Source of the DNA: Candidatus Saccharimonadota bacterium
Lineage (GTDB): Bacteria > Patescibacteriota > Patescibacteriia > 2-12-FULL-60-25
Length of the DNA: 32,000 bases
Assembly (NCBI GenBank): GCA_022843095.1
Contig: JALHOH010000001.1
Span: 30,001 to 62,000, forward strand
Direction: 5' to 3'
Part shown: positions 1 through 9,156 of the stretch, one piece after another
How positions within the stretch are numbered: position 1 is the first letter of the stretch
Layout: every line of letters starts with the position of its first letter
Notes under the pieces: model-generated
What the model saw: only the letters and a program-made list of their open reading frames with translations
Databases searched by the model: none
What the model was told of the DNA's origin: nothing
Position numbers and translations under genes: made by a program

Positions 1-140
1 GGTAAGCGGGCGTGATCTCGGGTGTTCGATATCTGTTCGACTCCTGCTCTCCGAGGATGCCACATCGGAGCGAAGCGGTAAGGGGGACGAATTTGAGGAT
101 TCCCCCTGGGTTATCCACACTCGATCCCCACGCCCAACAG

Positions 141-174
141 AAAAGAGTCCCCTGTGGACTCTTTTGTGGTTTTC
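141..174 (+). terminator. Rho-independent terminator-like hairpin
   Basis: AGAGTCC-CCTGT-GGACTCT (144-162) followed by TTTGTGGTTTT. This implies a + strand transcript from off-window ends here. Confidence 0.5.
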
Positions 175-223
175 TGGATTTTCGTCCCCTGACGGAGCGT
201 ACGTCGCCTGTGGTGTAGTGAAA

Positions 224-239
224 GCCCAAGCGCTTGGGC
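224..239. promoter_or_regulatory. Perfect 16-bp palindrome upstream of the excisionase-like gene (candidate operator)
   Basis: GCCCAAGCGCTTGGGC is self-complementary and lies 27 bp upstream of the ATG at 266. Confidence 0.35.
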
Positions 240-265
240 CATTTTCATTCTTCACAGGAAATTCT

Positions 266-574
266 ATGCTCACGTTGCCTACCGCGCCACAGGCCGAGTC
301 ATCGACCTGTGCGTGTGCCCATTCACAATCTCAGAGTATGAATGCAGCACAACCCTCGGCACTTCCGAGCGCCGAGGTCATCCTCCTCACGCGACGAGAG
401 GTCGCGGCGGTTCTGCGCGTCTCGAAGATGACGGTCCTCCGCATGGTGGCGCGCCGAGAGCTTCCCGTGCTCCGCATTGGTGGCGGACTACGGTTCCGAC
501 GCACCGACGTGTTCGGGCTCTTGGCCGACTACCGCGCTGATCCACGCAAACCACAGCACTATGGCGACACGTAA
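266..574 (+). CDS. Excisionase-family (MerR-like) helix-turn-helix DNA-binding protein
   Basis: The C-terminal segment LLTRREVAAVLRVSKMTVLRMVARRELPVLRIGGGLRFRRTDVFGLL matches the excisionase/HTH_17 pattern. ATG 266 is preceded by AGGAA at 7 nt. An alternative ATG at 338 would give 78 aa. The gene overlaps the integrase start by 14 nt. Confidence 0.7.
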   Translation: MLTLPTAPQAESSTCACAHSQSQSMNAAQPSALPSAEVILLTRREVAAVLRVSKMTVLRMVARRELPVLRIGGGLRFRRTDVFGLLADYRADPRKPQHYGDT

Positions 575-1697
575 GATCCGGGGCTGGTGGAACGTCGACC
601 TTTACTGGAACGGCGTCCGGTACCGCAAGAGGAGCCCACTGAACACGCGGATGGGCGCAGAGCAGTACGAGATCCAGCTCCGGCAAGAGCTGCTCAGCAA
701 GGGATCGCTCGATCACCTCGACCCGACGCGCGCCGAGAAGCCGCTCACCTTCGGGGAGTTCGCGGAACGTTGGATGCTGGAATATGTCGCGGTGAACAAC
801 AAGCCCAGCGAACAGAAGGCGAAGCGAGGCCAACTTCGTTGTCACATCCTTCCGAGATTCGGTGAATTCGCGCTAAACGAGATCACCAACGGGGAAGTCG
901 AGCGCTTCAAGGCAGAACTGCTCGGGAAGAAGCTCTGCGCCAAGAGCATCAACAACTCGCTGACGATACTTCGGAAGTGCTTGGTCACCGCGAGTGAATG
1001 GGGGCTCCTTGAGAATGTCCCAAGAATCCGCCCCCTTCGGACTGCACGTCCGACCTACCGATACCTCCAGCAGGAAGAGGAGATGGCGCTTTTGTCCGCC
1101 GCGAAGCCATTCCGGTTCTGGTACGCAGCCATCCTTCTGGCTCTGCGGACAGGAATGCGATTCTCGGAAGTGTCCGCGCTGGCGTGGAAAGACATCGATC
1201 CGTCACGAGGCGATGCGACTGTACGCCGGGCAAATGTTCGGGGGCATATCGGCCCAACCAAGACATACACCGTACGGCGAGTCCCCCTCAGCACGGACGC
1301 ACGAGCGGCGCTCGAACAACTGGTGAAAAATGACGAATACGTCTTCGGGTATGGAGGAAAGCCCCTGTCGTACCACACAGCCTACGAGTGGCTCGTGCGG
1401 CTCTGTGAGCGCGCCGGGATCGATCCCTGCGGCTGGCATGACCTTCGCCACACCTTCGCGAGCCGCCTCGTCGCTCGCGGCGCGCCACTCCGCGCGATTC
1501 AAGAACTGCTCGGTCATGGATCGCTGGACATGACGCTCCGGTACGCCCACGTCGGACAGGCCGAACTCGTGGCCGCTGTCGCGCTTCTCGAAACTACCCC
1601 TAGTACTTGGGCACAGGGTGGGCACAACCCACCAGATGGAGCAAAAACCCACACGAAAACCGAGGCGCTCGCCACCGCAATTTCTCGCTGGAACTAA
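561..1697 (+). CDS. Tyrosine recombinase / phage-type integrase
   Basis: Catalytic pattern is present: ALRTGMRFSE (Arg), HDLRHTFAS (H-x-x-R) and LLGHGSLDMTLRYAHV (His...Tyr). The start is trimmed to ATG 561 (MATRKIRGWW...); the ORF-track start at 477 lies inside the upstream gene. Confidence 0.9.
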   Translation: MATRKIRGWWNVDLYWNGVRYRKRSPLNTRMGAEQYEIQLRQELLSKGSLDHLDPTRAEKPLTFGEFAERWMLEYVAVNNKPSEQKAKRGQLRCHILPRFGEFALNEITNGEVERFKAELLGKKLCAKSINNSLTILRKCLVTASEWGLLENVPRIRPLRTARPTYRYLQQEEEMALLSAAKPFRFWYAAILLALRTGMRFSEVSALAWKDIDPSRGDATVRRANVRGHIGPTKTYTVRRVPLSTDARAALEQLVKNDEYVFGYGGKPLSYHTAYEWLVRLCERAGIDPCGWHDLRHTFASRLVARGAPLRAIQELLGHGSLDMTLRYAHVGQAELVAAVALLETTPSTWAQGGHNPPDGAKTHTKTEALATAISRWN

Positions 1698-1699
1698 CG

Positions 1700-1729
1700 A
1701 AAAACTCCACTCGGAGAGTGGAGTTTTTC
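1700..1729. terminator. Bidirectional hairpin terminator between the integrase and the tRNA pair
   Basis: AAAA-ACTCCACTC-GGA-GAGTGGAGT-TTTTT, a 9-bp stem with an A-tract on one side and a T-tract on the other. Confidence 0.6.
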
Positions 1730-1731
1730 TG

Positions 1732-1818
1732 TGGTGGGCAGGCAAGGATTCGAACCTTGGAAGGCACAGGGCCAACAGATTTACAGTCTGTCCCGTTTGA
1801 CCGCTTCGGTACCTGCCC
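1732..1818 (-). tRNA. tRNA-Tyr (anticodon GTA), long variable arm, CCA encoded
   Basis: Reverse complement reads GGGCAGGTACCGAAGCGGTCAAACGGGACAGACTGTAAATCTGTTGGCCCTGTGCCTTCCAAGGTTCGAATCCTTGCCTGCCCACCA. It has a 7-bp acceptor stem, anticodon loop CTGTAAA and T-loop GGTTCGAATCC. Confidence 0.9.
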
Positions 1819-1819
1819 C

Positions 1820-1895
1820 TGGAGCCGTAGACCAGGATTGAACTGGTGACCTCGTCCTTACCATGGACGTGCTCTACCAACTGAGCTACTACGGC
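1820..1895 (-). tRNA. tRNA-Thr (anticodon GGT), CCA encoded
   Basis: Reverse complement reads GCCGTAGTAGCTCAGTTGGTAGAGCACGTCCATGGTAAGGACGAGGTCACCAGTTCAATCCTGGTCTACGGCTCCA. The cloverleaf folds, and the gene is 1 nt from tRNA-Tyr. Confidence 0.9.
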
Positions 1896-1905
1896 AACAC
1901 TTCAC

Positions 1906-2895
1906 TTATTTTTCTTCCCCTTTTCCGGCGCGTCTCCGGAGTAAGCCGATGCGCGATTTCAGCGCCTGAACGGGCGCGTCCGCCTCGAGCTTTTCTACCT
2001 TTTCTCGCCACACCTGGAACCGCGAACGGTCCTGTGCCACGAGGCGCAATCGGTCGTAACGCTTACGCGCTTCTGTCCGATCGCCGAGGAGTATAGCAAC
2101 CTCCAAAGATAATTCAAGGTATTTCGCGCTCGACGGTTCAAGCTCTGCTGCACGCTTTGCCGAGGCCCACGCAAGCGCCGGCTGACCGCGATCCACATAG
2201 AACTGCGCGAGCTCTGCATGACGAAACGCCTGACGCGGACTGGCTTCCACCGCCTTCTGACGCATCTGTTCAGCGCGAGAGACATCACCGTCCGCTTCCG
2301 CGATCACGGCAAGCCCGGCATACGTCGCGTCATCCGCCTTTTTGAGCTTGAGCAAAAACTCAAATGTTTCTTTCGCCTGTGGATACAGTTTCTGCTTCAC
2401 ATACAGCTGTCCAAGCAACTTGTACGCCTCCGCATTCCGCTGATCCAGCGCCAACACCTCAAGCAACCGACGTTCCGCATCCGCCCATTTAAGATCACGC
2501 ATGAACGACCGCGCTTCCCCAAGCAGCGATTTCACCCGCTCACGCGCCGTAGGCGCAATGTTTGCAAGTGGATTTTTGCTGGAGGAATAGACCTGCTCCA
2601 ATCGCTGAAGTCGGCGGTAGAGCGACCGATAGCCCCCTTGAAGCGCAAGATAGACCTGCCGTCCCATTTTTTTGAACGGCAACGCCTGGTCTGCGCGGAC
2701 GCGTTCAAAACGGCGTGCGATCATCTCTTCGCGCTTGCGGCGTTCGCGTTCTTCTTTGATGGTCATCGGATCCAGCAAGCGGATGTCTTTCCAATGACGA
2801 AAAAACACATAGCCGGCGATCCCAAGTGAGATCGCTCCAATCGGAAATGCAATGGCCGCGATGATCATAGATGCATCTGACCTCCATCCTACCAT
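1906..2895 (-). CDS. Membrane-anchored TPR-repeat protein
   Basis: N-terminal TM helix (IIAAIAFPIGAISLGIAGYVFF), a charged helix, then TPR-like repeats (AEAYKLLGQLYVKQKLYPQAKETFEFLLKL...). An alternative start is ATG 2868. Confidence 0.75.
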   Translation of the reverse strand: MVGWRSDASMIIAAIAFPIGAISLGIAGYVFFRHWKDIRLLDPMTIKEERERRKREEMIARRFERVRADQALPFKKMGRQVYLALQGGYRSLYRRLQRLEQVYSSSKNPLANIAPTARERVKSLLGEARSFMRDLKWADAERRLLEVLALDQRNAEAYKLLGQLYVKQKLYPQAKETFEFLLKLKKADDATYAGLAVIAEADGDVSRAEQMRQKAVEASPRQAFRHAELAQFYVDRGQPALAWASAKRAAELEPSSAKYLELSLEVAILLGDRTEARKRYDRLRLVAQDRSRFQVWREKVEKLEADAPVQALKSRIGLLRRRAGKGEEK

Positions 2896-2904
2896 CCTTT
2901 TGCC

Positions 2905-3660
2905 TTAATTCGGCATGGCCGTTCGACACAAGAGCCCGAACTGCCGAGGATCCAGCGACGCGCCACCCACCAACACCCCGTCAATATTGGTCGTCGACAG
3001 ATAATCCGCCACGTTGCGCGTGTCCACGGAACCGCCGTAGAGCACCGGGATCTCTTCTCCAAGTTTGCCGAACTTTTTGACCAGCACCGCGCGAATTGCC
3101 TCATGCATCTGCTTCGCATCTTCCGTGGAGCACGATTTGCCGGTTCCAATCGCCCAGACCGGTTCATACGCAACCACCATCGGCGCCTGACCATCCCCCT
3201 TTAATCCCGCAATCGCAGCCGTAAGCTCCGCACGCACCACTTTCAGATGCTCCCCCTTCTTACGCTGCGCCTCGGTTTCGCCGATGCAAATGACCGGACG
3301 GATCCCCGTCTTTTGCAGCGCCACTGCCTTTTTGGCCACCATCTCGTCCGTTTCACCAAGATGCGCCCGGCGTTCGGAGTGACCAACCAAACAAAATGAG
3401 GTCCCAAACTCCTTCAACATCGCCGGCGATACTTCACCGGTAAATGCCCCTTCATCGGCCCAAAACACGTCCTGCGCGGCAAGCAACGGCACACCTGCGC
3501 GACCCAGCGACGCGCGCGCCGCCGGCAACGATACATGCGGCACCGCAACCGCAATTTCGAGCTCCTTTGGGAGACGTTCGCGGCGGAACGCTCGGATCCA
3601 GGCGCCGGCCTTCACCGGGCCATAGTGCATCTTCCAGTTCGCAATGATGAGCTTGTGCAT
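2905..3660 (-). CDS. tpiA: Triosephosphate isomerase
   Basis: MHKLIIANWKMH..., VGHSERR, AYEPVWAIGTG and LYGGSV motifs. The start is trimmed to ATG 3660 because the longer ORF would overlap the upstream peptidase by 74 nt. Confidence 0.9.
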   Translation of the reverse strand: MHKLIIANWKMHYGPVKAGAWIRAFRRERLPKELEIAVAVPHVSLPAARASLGRAGVPLLAAQDVFWADEGAFTGEVSPAMLKEFGTSFCLVGHSERRAHLGETDEMVAKKAVALQKTGIRPVICIGETEAQRKKGEHLKVVRAELTAAIAGLKGDGQAPMVVAYEPVWAIGTGKSCSTEDAKQMHEAIRAVLVKKFGKLGEEIPVLYGGSVDTRNVADYLSTTNIDGVLVGGASLDPRQFGLLCRTAMPN

Positions 3661-3700
3661 AGGGGGCTTGGGGATAAGTTCCCCAGGTCTCGCCCAATTC

Positions 3701-5002
3701 CTACCGCACTTCAGGGTTTCCTGCAACAGGGGCAAACAACTTTTCGACCGTTTGCTGATCCTCAAATGGACCAATCACCGACGCGGCAAAATGTCCAGAA
3801 CGGAACAGGCGCTTCGCCACGGCACGGATATCCGCGGCCGTCACGCGTTCAAATTTCTTCAACCGCTCTTCCGGCGTCCATGTTTTTCCCTGAAACAACC
3901 ATTGCTTGCCGTACCAATCCGCTTGGTTGGAGGAATCTTCAAACGCGAGCAACATTTTTCCGCGAAGATAATCCTTTGCGCGGCGCAATTCCTCCGGTTT
4001 CACCAATTGCGTCTTCATTTTTTTCACCTCATCCCAAATCACCTTCACCGCTTCTTCGGTGCGCGTTTTCTCGAGTCCTGCCATGACGCTAAACACACCA
4101 ATATCTTCAAACGCCTGATGGCCCGCGTGGATGGAATAACACAAGCCGCGACGTTCGCGCACTTGGATAAACAGTCGCGAAGACATCGTCCCGCCCAAAA
4201 TCACTCCCAAAAGCGATGCCGCCGGAATCTGCTCGTCCCCGATCCCGAGCCCGTGCCATGCCATCCCAAGCTGCACCTGTTCCGTATTCTTTTTTTGAAA
4301 CCGTACCGGGTTCGCGATGCGTTCTGGCGCGACAAACGGCGCGAACGTCGTATCCCGAGGCGTGGTTGGCTTTTTCACAGACCCAAACGTCTTTTCAAGC
4401 AATTTCCACAGTCCCGGCACGATCTTCCCCGCCACCACGACGGCCATTCTGGACGGAACATAATACGCATCACGATACGCAATCAGCTGGTCACGCGTGA
4501 CAGTTTTGATCACCTCACGAGGACCCGCAATATTCCAACCAAGGGACGAATCCGGATACAACGCCTCCTCCAACAGATCCTCGATGTGCATCCGTGGATT
4601 ATCTTCATACATGTTGATCTCCTCCACGATCACCCCGCGCTCCCGCTCGATTTCTTTTGCGTCGTATTTGGAATGAAACAACATGTCATGCAACAACTCC
4701 ACGGCGATCGGTGTCCGTTCCGCCGCCATTTTGACGTAGTACGCCGTCGCATCTTTTCCCGTAAACGCGTTGTATTCTGCCCCGAATCGATCCAATTCCT
4801 TGCTAATATCAAGCGTCGTCGGACGTGCTTTGGTCCCCTTGAACATCAGGTGCTCGATAAAATGCGACGCGCCGTTGATCTCCTTGGATTCATAGCGCGA
4901 TCCCACCTTCGTAAACACCATGATCGTCATGGACGTCGCCCCTTTTTGCGGGACCAAAATCACTTTCATCCCGTTCTTCAGCGTTTTCAGCGTCGGTTTC
5001 AT
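3701..5002 (-). CDS. M16-family (pitrilysin-like) zinc peptidase
   Basis: Inverted zinc motif HFIEH...FKGT near the N-terminus. At 433 aa the length is typical of the family. Confidence 0.9.
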   Translation of the reverse strand: MKPTLKTLKNGMKVILVPQKGATSMTIMVFTKVGSRYESKEINGASHFIEHLMFKGTKARPTTLDISKELDRFGAEYNAFTGKDATAYYVKMAAERTPIAVELLHDMLFHSKYDAKEIERERGVIVEEINMYEDNPRMHIEDLLEEALYPDSSLGWNIAGPREVIKTVTRDQLIAYRDAYYVPSRMAVVVAGKIVPGLWKLLEKTFGSVKKPTTPRDTTFAPFVAPERIANPVRFQKKNTEQVQLGMAWHGLGIGDEQIPAASLLGVILGGTMSSRLFIQVRERRGLCYSIHAGHQAFEDIGVFSVMAGLEKTRTEEAVKVIWDEVKKMKTQLVKPEELRRAKDYLRGKMLLAFEDSSNQADWYGKQWLFQGKTWTPEERLKKFERVTAADIRAVAKRLFRSGHFAASVIGPFEDQQTVEKLFAPVAGNPEVR

Positions 5003-5029
5003 ACGGTCATGAGCTTACCCCAGGTCTCT

Positions 5030-6424
5030 TTATGCGACGAGCTTGGCGGCGATCCAACCCGCCACCTCCTCTTTTTTGACGCGTTCTTGCGTCATATTGT
5101 CGCGATCACGCACGGTCACCGTGCCATCTTCTTTGGTTTGATAATCGACGGTAAAACACCACGGCGTACCGATCTCATCCTGACGGCGATAGCGCTTGCC
5201 GATTGAACCGCTTTCGTCATATTCCACGACCAATCCTGCACGACGAAGCGAAGCGACCAGTTCGCGACCGATGTCGGCCAATCCGTCCTTTTTTTGCAGC
5301 GGCAACACGGCGGCTTTGACCGGCGCAAGACGCGGTGGCAAACGCAGCACCATACGCGGTTCCTCTCCCCCGCCGACCGCTTCTGCCTCATCGATGTCGA
5401 GGTGTTCGCACAACACCGCAAGCACGGTGCGAGAAAGCCCCCACGTTGGTTCCACGACATGCGGCAAAAACCGTTCCCCCGTTTCTTGGTCAAACCATTC
5501 CAACTTCTCACCAGAAAACTCCTGATGACGCGACAGGTCATGCGCACCACGATTGGCGAGACCGTACAATTCCTTCTGCCCAAACGGGTAGAGATACTCC
5601 GTGTCCACCGAACGCGACGAGTAAAACGCGCGGTCCGCCTCCGGGATTTCGCGATACACCACCCGCGACGGATCCAGCTTGAGCACGTCCTGTACCCACG
5701 CTTTTTGCTCGGCAAGCCACATCTCGAACGCGCGAGGCGCATCCTCTGGCTTCACAAAGTACTCAATCTCCATCTGCTCAAACTCCCGCGTGCGAAAAAT
5801 AAAGTTCCCCGGCGTGATCTCGTTGCGAAACGCACGCCCAACCTGTGCGATGCCAAACGGCAATTTCTTGCGCATGGTGTCGCGAATATCGCGCCAGGTC
5901 GTAAACATCCCGGCCGCGGTCTCCGGACGCAAATACGCGATGGATGCCGTATCTTCGGACACACCAACCCCCGTCTTAAACATCAAATTAAACTGCTTCG
6001 GCTCGGATAACGGGTTCCCGTCTGGGCTCTTCAACTGAAGCTCACGCATCTTTTCGGCCATCTGCTCAAACGTAAACCCCGTGATGTCCGCGCCCGCGAC
6101 TTCCAGCAAGTGATCCAAGCGATAACGTTTGTGCGTCTTTTTGTCTTCCACGAGTGGATCCGAAAACCCCGCCACATGTCCGGACGCCTCCCAAATCTTC
6201 GGGTGTTGAATGATGGGCGTATCAACCCCAACCACATCTTCCCGACCATGGACAAACATCTTCCACCACGCGTCGCGAATGTTGTTCTTGAGCTCCACGC
6301 CGTAGGGACCGTAATCAAACGCATTTGCAAAACCGCCGTAGATGTCTGAATCCGGATACACAAACCCGCGGCGCTTACACAGCGACACCAGCAACTCCAT
6401 TTTTTGGTCGGGCGAGATGGGCAT
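5030..6424 (-). CDS. glyQS: Glycine--tRNA ligase (class II, single-chain type)
   Basis: 464 aa. The sequence GFVYPDSDIYGG...GPYGVELKNNI...FRNEITPGNFIFRTREFEQMEIEYF is characteristic of single-chain GlyRS. Confidence 0.95.
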   Translation of the reverse strand: MPISPDQKMELLVSLCKRRGFVYPDSDIYGGFANAFDYGPYGVELKNNIRDAWWKMFVHGREDVVGVDTPIIQHPKIWEASGHVAGFSDPLVEDKKTHKRYRLDHLLEVAGADITGFTFEQMAEKMRELQLKSPDGNPLSEPKQFNLMFKTGVGVSEDTASIAYLRPETAAGMFTTWRDIRDTMRKKLPFGIAQVGRAFRNEITPGNFIFRTREFEQMEIEYFVKPEDAPRAFEMWLAEQKAWVQDVLKLDPSRVVYREIPEADRAFYSSRSVDTEYLYPFGQKELYGLANRGAHDLSRHQEFSGEKLEWFDQETGERFLPHVVEPTWGLSRTVLAVLCEHLDIDEAEAVGGGEEPRMVLRLPPRLAPVKAAVLPLQKKDGLADIGRELVASLRRAGLVVEYDESGSIGKRYRRQDEIGTPWCFTVDYQTKEDGTVTVRDRDNMTQERVKKEEVAGWIAAKLVA

Positions 6425-6425
6425 A

Positions 6426-6980
6426 CTAAATCGTCATGATTTCCTTCTCCTTTTCTTCGGAGATCTTTTTCACCTGTTCATTCCATTCCCCCACCGTCTT
6501 CTCCATCTTTTCCAATTCGCGCTTTTCTTCATCCTCGCCGATCCGCTTTTCCTTTTTGTCGTCGTTGATCGCCGACTTCACCTTTTCACGCACCCCACGA
6601 ATCCCGATGCGCGCCGCTTCCGCTTTTTCGTGTAACACCTTCACCAACCGCTTACGGCTTTCTTCGGTCATGGGGGGCATCACCAAACGAATCACCGTTC
6701 CAGCCACGTTCGGCTGCATCCCAAGGGAAGCGTCCACCAACGCTTTTTCAATGTCTTTCACGATGGATTTGTCCCACGGCTCAATCTGGATCGTCTTTGC
6801 ATCCGGCGTTGTGATGGATGCCGTTGCTTTGAGTTCCATGGTCTGCCCGTACGCAGGTACTTTGATGTCCTCAACCAGCGACGCGTGCGCGCGCCCGGTT
6901 CGCAGGGTTTGCAATTCTTTGTGGAAGTGTTCGATGACGGCCTGAAAATCGGCCTTATGCGCATCAAGATGGCTGGGCAT
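6426..6980 (-). CDS. frr: Ribosome recycling factor
   Basis: LRTGRAHASLVEDIKVPAYGQTMELKATASIT... is typical of Frr. The start is set to ATG 6980, which has GGAGG 5 nt upstream. The stop lies 1 nt before the glyQS start. Confidence 0.93.
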   Translation of the reverse strand: MPSHLDAHKADFQAVIEHFHKELQTLRTGRAHASLVEDIKVPAYGQTMELKATASITTPDAKTIQIEPWDKSIVKDIEKALVDASLGMQPNVAGTVIRLVMPPMTEESRKRLVKVLHEKAEAARIGIRGVREKVKSAINDDKKEKRIGEDEEKRELEKMEKTVGEWNEQVKKISEEKEKEIMTI

Positions 6981-7025
6981 AGAGGCCTCCAGCATGTCAC
7001 GCCGTGACGCGGAACGTCAACGGAA

Positions 7026-7054
7026 ACAAAACCGACGCGTATGCGTCGGTTTTG
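7026..7054 (-). terminator. Hairpin terminator after the holB / beta-propeller operon
   Basis: AAACCGACGC-GTAT-GCGTCGGTTT. The minus-strand reading is followed by TTTTGTTT. Confidence 0.6.
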
Positions 7055-7058
7055 GCCG

Positions 7059-8126
7059 TTAGTTCTTTGGTGCCGAGGTTCCGAGGAACAATGCCGGCAA
7101 CGGTTCTCGATTGAACTCAAGGAATGTGACTCCACGGCGGGTTGGCAATTTCTTGGATGTCCAGGTGCTGCCGCTGTCCGCGCTAAAGACAATCGCTGTA
7201 TCGGTCGCGTACACCAGGCCACGCGGATCGTTCGGGTGGATCGCGAACGCGCGAATATCCACGGCAGACGCCGGAGTCGGCAAGGTTAATGCCTTCCAGG
7301 TCGCCCCCGCATCATCCGACTTCAACACTCCGTGCTTGGCCACCAGATACACGACCCCCGCGTTCTTCGGATCCAGCGAAACGATGTACGCGCTGCGTGC
7401 GCGGTCAAAGTCCGTGAGCTGATCCTTGATCGCCGTCCAAGACGTCCCTCCGTCCACGGACTTCAGCAACCCGCTTCCCGCCGTTGCGGCGTACAACAAC
7501 CGAGAGTCGCGCGGGTCCATGGTCAACATGTGAATCCGCGTTCCCTCCACACGATGCGCGGCGCGCCAGCTCATCCCGGCGTTTTCTGTCTTCAAGATAT
7601 CCCCTTCGCTCGTGGCGAGATACAACACCTGGGAGTTAAACCAATCCGCAACCACGGAGGTAAACACCACCGTCGGACGTGTGTCCGTGTAAATCTGCGC
7701 CACATCGCGGAAGCAGTTGGTCGTCTTCCACAACCGATTACCGCTTGCCACGTACACGGTGCACTTATCTTTCGCATCCACGGCGATCGCGTTAATCCGT
7801 CCGGCCGTCAGCCCCTTGATCTGATTCCACGAATCCCCGCCATTAGTGGAAAGCAAAAGGCCGTTTTCGTTGGTGCCGAGATACATGGTGGTCGGATCCT
7901 GCGGATCAAACGCCATGGACACGGTGACCACATTCGCGATGCTGCCAAGCTTGGTATCCAAATTTAAGGTCTTAGCCTGCGTCCATTCCTGCCCCGCGTT
8001 TTTGGTGCGGTACACACCACCATCTGGACCAGTAGCGGGTTGGGACGAACCCAAACACCCCTGACCAAGCAGGGCGGCGACGGAAAGGGTGGCAAGCAAG
8101 CGGGAGGCGCGAAGGGCGCGGATCAT
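7059..8126 (-). CDS. Secreted or lipid-anchored BNR/Asp-box beta-propeller protein
   Basis: Six Asp-box-like motifs: NAGQEWTQ, NGGDSWNQ, NAGMSWRA, DGGTSWTA, DAGATWKA, DSGSTWTS. Signal peptide MIRALRASRLLATLSVAALLGQGC has a lipobox-like end. The start ATG overlaps the holB stop (ATGA). Confidence 0.8.
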   Translation of the reverse strand: MIRALRASRLLATLSVAALLGQGCLGSSQPATGPDGGVYRTKNAGQEWTQAKTLNLDTKLGSIANVVTVSMAFDPQDPTTMYLGTNENGLLLSTNGGDSWNQIKGLTAGRINAIAVDAKDKCTVYVASGNRLWKTTNCFRDVAQIYTDTRPTVVFTSVVADWFNSQVLYLATSEGDILKTENAGMSWRAAHRVEGTRIHMLTMDPRDSRLLYAATAGSGLLKSVDGGTSWTAIKDQLTDFDRARSAYIVSLDPKNAGVVYLVAKHGVLKSDDAGATWKALTLPTPASAVDIRAFAIHPNDPRGLVYATDTAIVFSADSGSTWTSKKLPTRRGVTFLEFNREPLPALFLGTSAPKN

Positions 8127-9064
8127 AAATACGGGGTGTGAAAAAAACGATGAGGCGTGTCTTCCCATGCAATATACGAAGAAAGCGCATTCCATTCAAG
8201 AAGCGCGCGCGGCTGAACCGCCGTCCCAACACTCCGCCACGCGTATAAAAGTCCCATCGCTGCCGCATGCGCCGCCGCAGGATCCGTGGTCGCCACACGC
8301 GCACAAGACGCCATAAGCGCCGAAAGCAATCGTCGCCACGCGGCAGGTGGATCCTCCGCAGCATCACACGCCTTGGTCAGCCCCTCCATCTTCTCGATCA
8401 CCGCGCCCGGTGTCCCGCGTAACAACACCTCAAGCGTCGCGTCTGCCTCTTGATGCCGCGCACGCTCGTTCTCCGCATCCTGAATCCAACGCATCGCCAG
8501 TCCTGGAATCCCACGCGACGCCTGAATGATTTCTTCCAGCATCTCAGGAGAGGCGCCGTGCGCCACCAAAAATCCGCGCATCTCCTCACGCGTCAGCCGA
8601 CCGCATGGCACCGTCACAAGCCGCGAACGGAGCGTGGCAGGCAACCCCTCAGGCACCGACGTCACAAACACATACACCGCATGTGGAGCGGGCTCCTCTA
8701 CCCCTTTTAACAAGGCGTTGCACGCCTCGATGTTTAGCCGATCCGCATCATCGATGAGCGCAACCACTCGTCCACCTCGCGCACTCGTCATCGCCATCCG
8801 TTCAAGCAAGGCACGCGCAACCTTCACCGTTAGCTCAGTCTTCTCCTCTTCACGCTCCACCCGGATAAAATCCGGATGCGAAGCAAGCGGAAGCGCCGGA
8901 TCCATCCCCAAGAGGCATGCGGCAAACCGCTCAGCGAGGAGCCGCTTCCCCACTCCTTCTGGACCTGCAAAGACATACGCATGCGCCGGACGCGTGACAC
9001 TCCGCGCCAACACATCCTTTACCAGATCATGGCCATGAATCCCCTGGAAGGCGGAATTGAACAT
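8123..9064 (-). CDS. holB: DNA polymerase III delta-prime subunit
   Basis: HAYVFAGPEGVGKRLLAERFA (degenerate Walker A), IDDADRLNIEACNALLKGVEEP and SRLV motifs. Confidence 0.85.
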   Translation of the reverse strand: MFNSAFQGIHGHDLVKDVLARSVTRPAHAYVFAGPEGVGKRLLAERFAACLLGMDPALPLASHPDFIRVEREEEKTELTVKVARALLERMAMTSARGGRVVALIDDADRLNIEACNALLKGVEEPAPHAVYVFVTSVPEGLPATLRSRLVTVPCGRLTREEMRGFLVAHGASPEMLEEIIQASRGIPGLAMRWIQDAENERARHQEADATLEVLLRGTPGAVIEKMEGLTKACDAAEDPPAAWRRLLSALMASCARVATTDPAAAHAAAMGLLYAWRSVGTAVQPRALLEWNALSSYIAWEDTPHRFFHTPYL

Positions 9065-9117
9065 GCCAAAACCCTACCTGTTCCGCTTCACACCGAGCAA
9101 TAGACCGCGAGACCTGA

Positions 9118-9146
9118 TTGTCCGGTGGGCGTGTTCGACGTACACT
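9118..9146 (+). promoter_or_regulatory. Candidate sigma70-type promoter for the sugar transferase
   Basis: TTGTCC, 17 nt, TACACT. The -10 ends 10 nt before ATG 9157 and no SD lies between them. Confidence 0.35.
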
Positions 9147-9156
9147 ACGACTACCT

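Noticed and set aside
20-60. T-loop-like strings (GTTCGATATC and GTTCGACTCC) that might mark a tRNA fragment or att site at the window start
   Set aside because: The flanking 5-mers are not complementary, so no T-stem or acceptor stem can form. There is also no similarity to the 3' end of tRNA-Tyr at 1732-1760.
12-218. A 68-aa ORF at the extreme left edge
   Set aside because: It has no SD and a Cys/Pro/Arg-rich, unstructured-looking product. It also spans a terminator-like hairpin (141-174), so the region is more likely non-coding.
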